Assembly: GCF_009914755.1 (NCBI RefSeq)
Contig: NC_060938.1
Direction: 5' to 3' (one strand)
DNA length: 64,000 bases
Source: the human T2T-CHM13v2.0 reference genome, Homo sapiens
In this document: piece after piece, positions 1 through 20,770 of the stretch
How the letters are laid out: each line of letters begins with the position of its first letter
Position numbering within the stretch: position 1 is the stretch's first letter
Notes under the pieces: generated by a model
What the model was told of the DNA's origin: nothing
The model's database searches: none
What the model saw: the letters and a program-made list of their open reading frames with translations, nothing else
Made by a program: the position numbers and the translations under genes

Positions 1-711
1 ACACCCGACGCCCTCTCGGTAGAGGAGCTCGATTCCGCGCAGGTTCTCCCTCAGCTCCTCTGCCTGGCTGGGCTTCTTTACATCTTCCCCGGCATTTCCA
101 GCCCTCTCGCATGTCTGCTGGGCAGCAGCCTTCACCCGGGGCGCTCCCAGCGCCTCTGCTGCGGCCAGCACATCCCCCTGCGAGGCGGGGCCCAGCACCC
201 CCTCATAGGCAAAGGTCAGCACGGCCTCCCAGCCCCCTGGGGACACCTCGAGGCTGAAGGGGGGCCGCGGACCTCCGCCGCCCAGCAGCCTGTCTCGGAA
301 GAGGCTGCTGATTGCGGCCAGGATCACCCGATGCACCCCGTATACCCGCCCCGCGACTGACACCTCTTCGTCCAGCAACAGTCTCTGCTCCCGCAGCCGC
401 TGGGCCTCGGCGAAAAACTGGCTCGGATGCTCCTCGCTGCGCAGCCACTCGGGCTCTGCCGCATCTTCATCTTCTTCCTCTTCCTCTTCTTCCTCTAGGG
501 ACAAGGCTGGAAAGGGAAGGTTCCTTGGGACCAGGGGCCTGGAACCAGGCTCCTCCAGAGGAAAGGAAGGCAATCTGGGATCCTCGTCGGGGGAGGGAGG
601 CCAGGAAGGGGTTCTCTGGGCGTGCACAAGGAGTCCAAGGCAGTCCCTCTGGACGGGATGAGAGACACTCTCCAGCTCAGGGGGATAATGTGGGGTGTCC
701 GAGACGCTCAT
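1..711 (-). CDS. KLHL33: Kelch-like protein 33, first coding exon (acidic stretch + BTB/POZ domain); gene continues beyond the left window edge
   Basis: Minus-strand frame open from ATG at 711 (context GGCATGA, after a ctgcag acceptor at 731-732) to the window edge: MSVSDTPHYPP...LEEEEEEEEDEDAAEPEWLRSEEHPSQFFAEAQRLREQRLLLDEEVSVAGRVYGVHRVILAAISSLFRDRLL, with the BTB HRxILAA motif. Symbol assigned from recalled synteny next to OSGEP/APEX1. Absent from the ORF track because no stop lies within the window. Confidence 0.8.
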   Translation of the reverse strand, partial: MSVSDTPHYPPELESVSHPVQRDCLGLLVHAQRTPSWPPSPDEDPRLPSFPLEEPGSRPLVPRNLPFPALSLEEEEEEEEDEDAAEPEWLRSEEHPSQFFAEAQRLREQRLLLDEEVSVAGRVYGVHRVILAAISSLFRDRLLGGGGPRPPFSLEVSPGGWEAVLTFAYEGVLGPASQGDVLAAAEALGAPRVKAAAQQTCERAGNAGEDVKKPSQAEELRENLRGIELLYREGVGC

Positions 712-1080
712 GCCGAGGTTTGCTGGATAGCTGCAGGTGAGCAGAGGCAAGACAGCCTGGCGTCAGAGCTGGGCCCAAAGAGGCCAGAGCAACCATGTCT
801 CCAGCCAGTTGAAATGTCAGTCTCTCCCCTGCTCCAACACCCTCCTCCTACCCTCAGCCACATCCCAGCACTGGAGTATCTGGGATATACAGGACAGCTA
901 TAGGGTGCACGCGGTGCAGTGAAACATGCAAGAAGCCCTGTAAAGATCCGGTAACCGGGACCACACCCCTCCCCTATTGCCCCCATCCTTTTAGTCACCC
1001 TCAGGAGACACCAGCGTTCCGCTTGCCCTCTCACTTAAGCGCCCGCTGTGCTTGGGGCTGCGTGGCAGAGGGAACTTGCC

Positions 1081-1226
1081 CACATGGCATCCCAGTCAGC
1101 CAGTGGCCCCATGGGGCTAATTATAGCCAGTCCTGGCTGGCTAGGCACTTGGCACCTGGTGTCCTAACTCTGACACCCAATCCCCTGGGCTCCCTCCCAG
1201 ACTGACATCCCCACCCTTCCACCTGT
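1081..1226. promoter_or_regulatory. Candidate muscle-type promoter module upstream of KLHL33 (MEF2 site + E-boxes)
   Basis: Exact MEF2 consensus CTAATTATAG at 1117-1126, flanked by CANNTG boxes at 1081, 1146, 1153 and 1220. Confidence 0.4.
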
Positions 1227-1406
1227 AGGTCATACAGGGGTGTGCTGAGCTAGGCAAATTAGGAAACCAAGGAGAATGAGGGGATCTGGTGGAATGAGCC
1301 CAAGGCCAGAAGGGCTGGGCCACTAGAGTGGGCTGGAAGGATCAGGCAAAGAGTCTGGACCAGGCTTTGGCTGTTGACTTTTCTGTGCATGATAAAGCTG
1401 GGACCC

Positions 1407-1846
1407 CGCCGGGCATGGTGGTTCTTGCCTGTAATCCTAGCACTTTGGGAGGCCAAGGTGGGTGAGTCACTGGAGCCCAGGAATTTGAGACCAGCCTGGG
1501 TAATATGATGAAACTCCATATTTTTTATATCTACCAAAAATTACAAAAATTAGCTGGACGTGGTGTCTCATGCCTGTAGTCATAGCACTGTGGGAGGCCA
1601 AGGCGGATGGATCACTTGAGGCCAGCAGTTTGAGACCAAACTGGGCAACATGGTGAAACCCCATCTCTACAAAAAAATACAAAAATGAGCCAGGCATGGT
1701 GGGGCACATCTTTAGTCCCAGCTTCTTAGGAGGCTGAGGTGGGAGGATCACTTGAGCCCAGGAGGCAGAGGTTGCAGTGAGCTGAGGTCGCACCACACAC
1801 TCCAGCTTGGGTGACAGAGCAAAACCCTGTCTCAAAAAACAAAAAA
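1407..1846 (+). mobile_element. Old Alu (J-like) with an extra left arm (trimeric), single TSD pair
   Basis: Left arm 1407-~1550, second left arm ~1553-1685, right arm to poly(A) ~1846; AAAGCTGGGACCC at 1394-1406 and 1844-1856. Confidence 0.8.
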
Positions 1847-4546
1847 GCTGGGACCCAGGAGCGAATATAGCCCAGCTTTATTCATGGAGGGCAGAAGAGT
1901 GGGGAAAGTGAAGGGCCAGGGGGCAGGGCTACGGACCTAGGTGGCTCACCCCACACAGGGATTACTATCTGTCCAGAGGTGGGGTCCAGGGTAAGAGCCT
2001 GAAATCCAACCCTGTGTCTTTGGAAAACTGTGGGGAATTCTAACTCTCATCTTGGCACTGGGATAAGAACCAGACAGTGGAAGGTGTGCTTGATCTGCAT
2101 GCTGTGAGGACCAGAGTCCTGGACTAGATGGGCTATGGACATGCAAGTATTCCATTTGAGCCAGACGGTAACAGCCACTCCTTCTCCCTCCAGGACAACA
2201 CTTCCTTTCTCATCCTGAGGCCAAGTGCTAGACTAAAGCCCCTAAAAGCCAGGCAATCACTTTGTGCCGCAGTTTTGAGTGTCATCTTGCAGAAAGGATT
2301 TAGGGAAAGGTGCAGTGACACACTTCCTCTCCCTTCTCTGGGGGAGGTAGGACAGGCCAAGGACTCCTACTTCCTGGCCTATAAAATGTCTGGTCCAGGC
2401 TGGATAGGTTGACTCCACAGGCAGACTTAATAAGGGAAGGAGGAACGATTGCTCCTTGTGATTCAGATGAAAGGGCTCATGTGGAGGGCGGGGTAGGGTG
2501 GGAAGTGGGCTGACCTGCACAGCACCCCCTCCTACTTTCAGAGTTGTCTCCATTTCCCCATTTGTGGCCTGGGTACCCCTGGCAACTCTGAGTAGCTAGC
2601 ATTCCCTGGGTGAGCCTAGCCAGCAGGTGCACTCCCCAAAATGGTTCGACTGAGAGGCAGTTTATGGTTATCCTGGCCAGCAAATGGGGAGATAGTGTCC
2701 AGGCTCTGCACCCTGTTTCCCAGTTCAGACATTTCGAATGCCTCTCATGTCCTCCCCAGAGCAAGACAATGTGGCCAGCATCTTGACCCCCAACCAGGAG
2801 TTGGAGGAACTGCAATCTGGTGGAGACATACCCCGAGCCAGCCTCTGTTCACCAACTGCTTACAAGGATGAGGACACTGGACCCTGCTACGAGTTCTATG
2901 CCAACTCCGTAGTCCTGGGATGGCTCCATACAGCTTGGTAAGACCCAGGCCCCACAGTGAACTCCTGAAGGTAGGATAACATCTGCCTGTGGGCTACCAC
3001 CACCCTTCATGTAGCTCTGGGACTGCCCTCCAGGTCCATTAGCTGTCCTCCTGGTTGCAGACGCGCTGGCTAGCAAGGGGTCTTGGCATTTCAGTTATGT
3101 ATGTGCTGTCCCAGCCAAGAAATAGTGCCACGTCCACCTCGAGAGGAAACCCACACCCAGCCACACTCCCAAGATGATCTGGAGAATTCTGGGGCCAAAA
3201 TCGGCAAGGCCCCAGTGCACTTCAGCTGGGTCATAGGAGTCATGGTAATGGATTGGCGCTCATGGTTCCCTAAGTCTGGGGATCTAGGCAGGCGAGAACT
3301 CTTTGCTCCAGGGGAGTTTTTGGGAGGTACCTCTGAAGAAGGGGGCAAGGGGTGGGACTCACACTGGAGACTGCAACCCCTCCCTTACCACCCTGCTCCC
3401 CAGATTTGCTGTATGCTCAATATCTGGGGCATCATTCTCTACCTGCAGCTGCCTTGGATCGCTGCTCAGGCAGGCACAGGTATGAGCTCAGAGCTCTCCT
3501 GGGCAGTAGGAAGGGATGTGCATGTATGAATAAATTCCCATCCTCACCCCAGGGCTCACATGGCTCATCATCCTGTTCTTGGCCTCAGTCATACTGTCAC
3601 TGGATTGTCTATCTCAGCCATCTCCAGCAACGGCAAAATCAAGGCTGGTGAGTCTTTAGTGACTCCCGCTCCTCCCTTCATGTTTCCCCATCCCTCATAT
3701 CTGTTAATGAATTGTATGGTGTTCTTCGATGATCACATTTGGTCATTTCCTCACTCCCCCAACCCCTGCCACACAAACATTTTCATTTCCCCTTTTGGTA
3801 CTGGTGGTACCTAGATAGCCCTACTGCTTTGGGATGGGGTTTTCTTCCCATGAAGAAATGTGTATCCTCAATCTCATTTCTAGGCTCCTGTATGATTCAA
3901 CGTGCTTCCGAAAATAGGACTGACATGGGTGTGCAGAATGGGAGCCGCCTGGGCGCAAAGTGCCAGTATGGCTGGGATTTCAGCAGTTGTCGAGAGCAAG
4001 GGTCCTGCCTCTGTGGGCTCTCTAATCACTATGAGGTGAGTGAACCAGAGCGGAAGTGTAGAGAGAGAAACCTTGCCCATTGCCTGGCATAGCATAGATG
4101 TTTAAGTTGATTAATTTGGGGCAAAACCTTCAAAGATGCAGATAAATTTTAATAAGTCTGGGAAAACTAGGTGAAAATACGGGTGGAATGCATTACTTTG
4201 GAAATGCATTGATTTTTGCCTCTGTCTGCCCTTTTCCTCAGACCATGAACATGGTGTCTGCCTTTAGCCCTCTGATGTCTGCTGGAATCTTGAGAGCCAT
4301 TCTGTTCTGTACCCTTTCCTGCTTTGTTTCAGCCCCTAATATCTTCCAGGCTAGTTGAGATCTTAGCAAGAGGCTTGCAAGAGAAAGGAAAGAATGTTAG
4401 TAGACACGGTCATCCCAAGTGTATAATTTTTGAGGAGGGGCAAAAGACGGCTCAGTTCTCAGCAACTGGGAGTTAGAAGGTAACTTTGGGAGATGGAGAT
4501 GACTGTGGCTGGCTAGCGTTTAAAGAGATAATCCAAGCCCACATAG

Positions 4547-4885
<339 letters not shown>

Positions 4886-6189
4886 GGTGTCACTCATCTA
4901 TCTACCTCCCCACTCTCAGTTTTTCCCATCCCTCATTCCCAGGGATCTTACCACCCCCTACTCCCTCTACTCCTATCCTTTCTGCCTCTGACCCCTAAAC
5001 TCCCTTGACTTCTGTCTATGCTTCCCACTCTCCTGCCTCTTTAGAGGGAGAGGGCTCTCATTCTCCTACTTCCTGGGACCCTCCCCTATTGATCACCAAG
5101 ACCTCTTGCAGCAGCTGTGCCAGGATAAACCATACACAATCACTGGCTTTTTTGGGGGGAAAGGCCATGGCAAGAACCACGAGCCTCTGTGGGGCTATCT
5201 GCTCACCTTCCTCACTGCTGTAGGTTTCATCCTTATCGGTGACTGCTCCCCACCCCACCCTCCACACTGGGCTCTATTAATCACCATTCCTCTCAGGCCC
5301 TTCCCAGCCCTACCTCTGGCTTCTAGGAGCTGATCCTAAAACCTCTTTTCTATCTCTCTTTTCCTGAAAGTGGACGAAAAATGTCTCCTAACCTTGCACT
5401 GGTAGGGGTGGTATGTGTGTGGGGGTGGAGTGAGGAGTAAGAAGGGAATAGAGAGAATGGAGAAAGCCATAAAATGATGTCCCGGACTTCTAGACCTGCA
5501 TCTTATGACACTAGTGTGGAGACTCACTCCTGACCTTTCATCTCCCCCAAAGCCGAGCTGAGTATCATTGCCCCCACCATCGCCAACTTCCTCCTCTGTT
5601 CCTGTGCCCTCAACTTTGGCTGTCTCTACGCCTCCCTTACCTGGTTGTCTGGTTAGTGTGGGCAGGTGTTCAGGTAAGCTCTAGGGCTGGAAAGACCTGG
5701 GGAGTTGGGAGAGCATCCTTGCGGTACATGAGTGGGTGGTGCTGGGGCTAAGACAAGGGCTTACATTTGCTGTCCCCTGCAGGCTGGCGCCTTTCCTTCT
5801 GCAGGTAAAGTCCCTGGGTCTCTCTCCTGGGCTCTCTGCTCTGCCTGCTCATCACATTCCTCCTCACATGGCGGGCAACACTGATTACTGTGTTGCTTAC
5901 CCTTCTGCTGTTATATGATCTACAAAACCTGGTGAGTGAGTAGGCGGGTGTGCAGGGAGTCAGGAAGTGAGTTACAACAGGAGGCTGGCCCCTAGAAGAA
6001 GCCCAGAACTACGAACAGTGTTTCCTCTTCTACCTCACCATTGATGCACCACCCCTTTCTCTGCACAGTTGTGAACTGGGGCTCTTCAGCCCAGGAAGAC
6101 ACCTACCAAATGGCGCTGTCCTACTCAGTGAGCCTCACCAATGTGTAAGATCACATTAAGAACTTCCAGTCAGGAAGTCTGTAGATGAG

Positions 6190-6450
6190 AGATTGAAAAC
6201 GGTGGCCTATGGACGGAATGTTGCCTGGAAATGAGTTTTTTGATTGCACAGCATTTACAATTTTTAAAATAAACTACCAACGTTTAAGATCCAGGCATCT
6301 GCTAATCCTGGGCCTCCAACCCACATGACACAGTTAGCTGGGGCTGAGTAGCTCCTGTCCCATGGGACAAGGCAGGTGCTCTCCAGTTTGCCACAGTTCC
6401 CACTTGGTCCACTTTATTCTTTAATACTACATGACTGGTTCTTGCAAACT
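6190..6450. mobile_element. MER102-like hAT/Charlie DNA transposon fragment
   Basis: GGCTGAGTAGCTCC...GTGCTCTCCAGTTTGCCACAGTTCCCAC resembles the recalled MER102 consensus. Confidence 0.55.
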
Positions 6451-8095
6451 TTTGGCTTTTTTGGGAAAGGCCATGGCAAGAACCATGAACCTCTGCAGGG
6501 TTATCTGCTCAGACACAGAAGGAAACTAGCTTCCTGAAATCTGGGCGGGGTAGTGGAAAAAAAGGAAGCCTTCTTGTCACCTCTCATCCAACATACCATA
6601 TCCCCTTCTTTCCTCATTGCTTCTCCTTTCAGGTCTCATGTTTGAACCAACTGAAGTCCAATGTGCTGGTCTTGGGATATAAGCAAAATTGGGAGAAAGG
6701 GCCTGTATCTGCCATGGAGTACTACATAGGCATTCTAGTGCGAATGTGAGATAGAGAAGGGTAAGATGGACATAGAAATGGTCAGGAACTAGAAAGAAGA
6801 GGAAATATAATCGTGGTGAAGCCCTTGTTCCCAACAGCTGCCCAGCAGTGCCTGTGTCCCCAGGAAAGAGACCCCCACCCCTTCATCTCTTCCTCCTATA
6901 TCTCTTTTTCTCTCCTCTCCATAAAGTGATGACTTTGACTACAACTATGGCATAGGCCTCATAAGGATGCCAGGAGGGTTAAGCCCGGCTACTCAACACC
7001 AAGCTCAAGGTGAGTGAAAAGAGGTGGGCCTAAGAGAAGGATGTGGTGTGGGAGGTATAGAAATTGGCTCTCAAAGACAGTCTGGGAGGCAAATGAACTC
7101 ATCTAGAGTTACCAAGACCTAAGACTGAATAGAATTGGGTACCAGGATGCGAGAGAAATGAATTTTGCTTGAGCTTTAGTTCTCCTGAAATTTTCAGGGT
7201 GGGGGAAAACTTTAAAGGTATCTTCTAAATTCAGGTGGGAGAAATTTGGATCAAAAGATACAACATAGCAGGGTAAGCTGGAGTGTGGTCAGGAAGGGCT
7301 ATGGCCCAATTCTAGAGAAGGGTTTCTGGCACTACCCCAATTCTAATAATATTACACATCTTATCAGTTAAATTTTGGGCATCCTTAGCAAAAAGATAAC
7401 ATTATTTTGTGTTATACCCCCACTTTTCCCAGTACACCCAGCATATTTGGATGTCATAGGGATGGATACTTAGCAGGCAGGAGACCAATTCTAAAACATG
7501 TCCTGTTTTTAGGAATAACAGAGTTGTAGAGCGGGTTAGAGAAGCAGACACCAAGGAAAATAAAAAGGAAATGCGGTTAGTCAATGCGGAGAGAAGCCAC
7601 ATGACGTTTCTCTAGGATAGCAATAATTCTCATAGGGGAGGAGAGGTATTATACTGAATTAGGAGCAACTGCTCAGCTGGAAAGGAGTTTGTCTCATTCT
7701 TTTCTTCTCTTTTCTCGGGCAGCATCCTTATTCCAGCAGCCTCAATGTTCCAATCCAAGCAAGGCCGGAGGGCAGTGGACGTGTACTGGCTCGGTGTTGA
7801 TGAAGGTAGGGACTCCATGGCTCCCCAGGAAGTCCCAAGTTCTCCAAGTTCCAGGGAGAATAGGAGAGGGAAGATAGTGACATATAAACCAGAAAGGACT
7901 AGAAAATGAACTCTGCATTTACCAAGTACCCAATACTCTCCTCCCACCTCAGAGGACAACTGTGGTGTTTAAAGGCCAACAGAAAAGCCCGTGTTGCTGG
8001 AGCAGCGCAAACAAGGAATTGAGTAGCAGATCAAAGTGGTAGGCAGGGAAGGGCAGAGTGGATCACAGAGGGTCTCACAGGCCTTTAAATAGACT

Positions 8096-8723
8096 GGCCA
8101 GCCGCCCTGTCCGGGAGGGAGGTGGGGGGCGCCTCTGCCTGGCCGCCCCTTCTGGGAAGTGAGGAGCCCCTCTGCCCGGCCGCCACCCGGTCTGGGAGGT
8201 GTACCCAACAGCTCATTGAGAACGGGCCATGATGACGATGGCGGTTTTGTCAAATAGAAAAGTGGGAAATGTGGGGAAAAGATAGAGAAATCGGATTGTT
8301 GCTGTGTCTGTGTAGAAAGAAGTAGACATGGGAGACTCCATTTTGTTCTGTACTAAGAAAAATTCTTCTGCCTTGGGATGCTGTTAATCTATAACCTTAC
8401 CCCCAACCCCGTGCTCTCTGAAACATGTGCTGTGTCCACTCAGGGTTAAATGGATTAAGGGCGGTGCAAGATGTGTTTTGTTAAACAGATGCTTGAAGGC
8501 AGCATGCTGGTTAAGAGTCATCACCACTCCCTAATCTCAAGTACCCAGGGGCACAAACACCGCGGAAGGCGGCAGGGCCCTCTGCCTAGGAAAACCAGAG
8601 ACCTTTGTTCACATGTTTATCTGCTGACCTTCCCTCCACTATTGTCCTATGACCCTGCCAAATCCCCCTCTCCGAGAAACACCCAAGAATGATCAATAAA
8701 TACTAAAAAAAAATAAATAAAAA
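8096..8723 (+). mobile_element. 5'-truncated SVA retrotransposon (end of VNTR + SINE-R + poly(A))
   Basis: VNTR units CCAGCCGCCCTGTCCGGGAGGGAGGTGGGG and GGGAAGTGAGGAGCCCCTCTGCCCGGCC, SINE-R GTACCCAACAGCTCATTGAGAACGGGCCATGATGAC...CCCAAGAATGATCAATAAA (8695-8700), then A-tail. Confidence 0.93.
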
Positions 8724-8724
8724 G

Positions 8725-11200
8725 ACTCTGGTTTTTCTTTTGATGTAAGAAAGCACTGAAGGTTTTGAGCAGAAGAGTAACATGATCTGGCTTCCACGCT
8801 AACACTATTCACTCTGGCTGCTATGTGGAGAATTGACTCTAAGTTGGCAATGGGGAAAGGAGAAGGAGCAGCTACTGCAATAATCTTGAAGACACATAAT
8901 TCTGGCTTGATCTACAGTGGCAGCAGTGGAAGTGAGGAGAAATGGAATTCTGGATGTATTTTGAAGGTAGAGCCAAGAGGATTTGATTAATTGGAGAAGA
9001 AAGAAAACTGACAAAGATACTTTGACATGAACAACTAGAATGGAGTTGTCGTTGACAGAAATAAGAAAGACTACAGGACTAAGTTGGGGAAAGAATAAGT
9101 GCAATTTTGAATATGTTAAATTTGAGACGCCTATTAAGCATCCAAGTGGAGGTGCCAATGAGCAGCTAGGTATTTGGGATAGAAGTCCAGGTTGGAACTA
9201 TAACTGGGAGTAACCCCCATCAAAATGATTTTAATGTATACAACTAGATGAAGTCACTACAGGTGTATGTGTAAAGAGAGCAGTCTGAGGACTAAACTCT
9301 GTGGAGATGAGGAGAAACTAGCAAAGGAGATTAAGAAAGGGCAGTCAGTAAGCTAGGAGGCAGACCAGAGAATGCATCCTAAAGCCAAGTAAGGAAACTT
9401 TTCAAAGAGGGAGTGTCAAATGCTGCTGATAGCTTCTGAGGATGAAGAATACGCCATTAGATTTAGCTATGTGCAGGTCATCAGTGACTGTGATAAGAAT
9501 AGTTTTGGTGGAGATTTAATAGGGAACTGGTGGAGAGAAATTGAAGACAAGTCTTTCTAAGTTTTGCTGTAAAGTGGAACAGAAAAATGGGAAGCAGCTG
9601 GAAGGGCAAATGGGGACAAGCAGGCATTATTTGTAAAATGAGGAAAACAGTGGCATATTTGTGGACGGCAGGATTCAGGAGAGAAGGAAATACTGACTCT
9701 CCAGGAAAAGAGGGAGAATTATCCCTTTTTTTGAGAAAGAGTCTTGCTCTGTCACTCAGGCTGGCATGCAGTGGCACAATCTTGGCTCACTGCAACCTCC
9801 GCCTCCTGGGTTCAAGTGATTCTCGTGCCCAAGTAGTTGGGATTACAGGCATGCAACATCATGCCAGCTGATTTTTTGTATTTTTAGTAGAGGGGTTTCA
9901 CCATGCTGGTCAGGCTGGTCTTGAACTCCTGGCCTCAAGTGATCCACCCGCCTTGGCCTCCCAGTGCTGGGATTACAGGGGTGAGCCACTGCAACCAGCC
10001 CTGACTTCTAATCAGTAAAATATCCTCCTATCCACGGTGACAATCCAGTGTCCTCTGAGAAGCAAAATCAGCTCTGGTTGAGAACCACTGGTTTATGGTA
10101 ACAGGAGGAAGGCAGAGTACATGGGTACAGATACTGGAAGATGGTTAGTTTCAGGGGCAAAAGCTTGTAAATGTATACTGATTGTTTCTATTTTCTTACT
10201 GAAATAGGAACTAAGGTAAGAGTCAGAATAGGGGGAGATGTTAAGAGATTTGAGGGGTCAGAAGGTATGAAACAGTCACTAGAAAAGAGGGCAAGTGAAA
10301 GGACTAGAGAGATGGCATATTTCTGGGTGGCATAAAGGACCCATTTTAGTGTCATGGTCGTAAGTTTGAAGTAAGATCAGTCAGCATGGCTATTTTTTAC
10401 TAGCCCTTTCAGCTGCATGGGTCTAAAGTAGGTGATGAGTTGAATATCACAAAAGCAAAAGAGGGGAAGGGAAATGAGGTGGATTATGGGAATTTAGCTG
10501 AAGGAGGGAAATAAAAATACGTGGGGGATAAAATCTGCAGAAAGGAAGTATGATCAATGGACCGTAGGTCCTGGTGAAGGGATGAACTGTTGGATTTAGC
10601 ATACTAAAGAAAATGAACTGGAAGAACAGGAGGTGGTGGTAGTCGAGAGTGGGACGTCTGAAACTGAGATGTGGAGGATCTGCAGCTCCAGAACATGACC
10701 AAGGAAATAAGTGGCTGAAGCGGGTGTTAGTATGATCTACCTGAATACTGAAATAAGATTTATGACAAACGTGGTGTTCGTATGGTAGTTTCTTTCAAAG
10801 CAGAAGGGTACTAGGGATGAGGGATAATGGTCTGGAAACAGTATGAGGACACGTGCACCACCTCCAGGCCCAGTGGTACAATGGGTGTGGAAGGGAAAAT
10901 GCCACCACTACTGAGGTGGTAGGAGAAGCAGAGTCCTCATAAGAAACCAAGTCTGAAGAGCATAAATGTGAAGGGAACGTTCAGAGAAGAGGTTGAGGAC
11001 ACAGAGAATTTGACAAATGACTGGCCATCAGTTCCAGAGGGCACAGTGGAAGAGCTTCTAGAGTTGGAAAAGGTAGGTAGATGGAGACAAAACAGAGTGG
11101 AGATACATGGTTATTAAGTGTAAAAGATGAGATGACTCAGTAGTTTAGGACTAATTGTGATGATTGATATCAACATCAATAAGATTAAGGGTATGAGATT
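8725..11200 (-). mobile_element. Degenerate LINE-2 sequence (interrupted by an Alu at ~9725-10001; also ~7960-8090 left of the SVA)
   Basis: Purine-rich plus strand with typical antisense L2 motifs (CACTCTGGCTGCTATGTGGAGAAT, TTTGAGACGCCTATTAAGCATCCAAGTGGAG, GTCAAATGCTGCTGA). Confidence 0.6.
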
Positions 11201-11319
11201 CGTTCTGTTGTTTGTGGTACGGAGGGATGTGCATCTGCGGGCATTCCTCAAGCCTGCCGATGGATGTGCATGTAGGAGAAAGTATACGGAGTAGAGGCAG
11301 TTTTAGAGTTACAAGTTAG

Positions 11320-11672
<353 letters not shown>

Positions 11673-11980
11673 TGAGAGAATGAATGTAAAGCAGTTAGCA
11701 CGGGACCCGATGCTATAATAATAGTTATGATACTACTATTGTTGCCAGGCACAATGGCATCCTTACTCAGGAGGCTGAGGTGGTAAGACTGCTTGAGCCC
11801 AGTTCGAGACCAGCCTGGGAAACACAGCAAGATTCCGTTTCTTAAAAAAAAAAAAAAGATACCTCATTCTTGGTTCCACAGCAGCAAGCTCCAACAAGAA
11901 TTTATCCAGCACCAAATCTACATTGGTCCTGAACAACACAATCCAATCACCAACATACAAAACCAAAAAACCAAAAATAT

Positions 11981-11986
11981 TTTATT
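11981..11986 (-). terminator. OSGEP: OSGEP polyadenylation signal AATAAA
   Basis: TTTATT on the plus strand ~150 nt past the stop codon. Confidence 0.75.
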
Positions 11987-12138
11987 GCTGAGTCATCCTG
12001 GGGTTCCATAAAGGACCCCAAGCCTTGCTTGGAGTCTATAGCTTTGCTAGGACTCCCATGACATCAGGATAGAGATTGAGGCACGGGGTCCTTTGGGTTC
12101 CGATTAAGGAACTATCTACTCTGATTCTGTTGATCTTA

Positions 12139-20770
<8,632 letters not shown>

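Noticed and set aside
203-903. Overlapping ORFs 203-448, 312-740 and 622-903
   Set aside because: Alternative-frame or antisense shadows of the GC-rich KLHL33 exon.
3083-3529. 148-aa ORF containing NCC-like motifs, as a functional small protein
   Set aside because: Starts at TTG and reads through a 159-nt in-frame intron between pseudo-exons 2 and 3; it is a by-product of the pseudogene.
8471-8692. 73-aa ORF MCFVKQMLEGSMLVKSHHHS...
   Set aside because: Standard SVA SINE-R-derived ORF present in many copies; no evidence of a gene.
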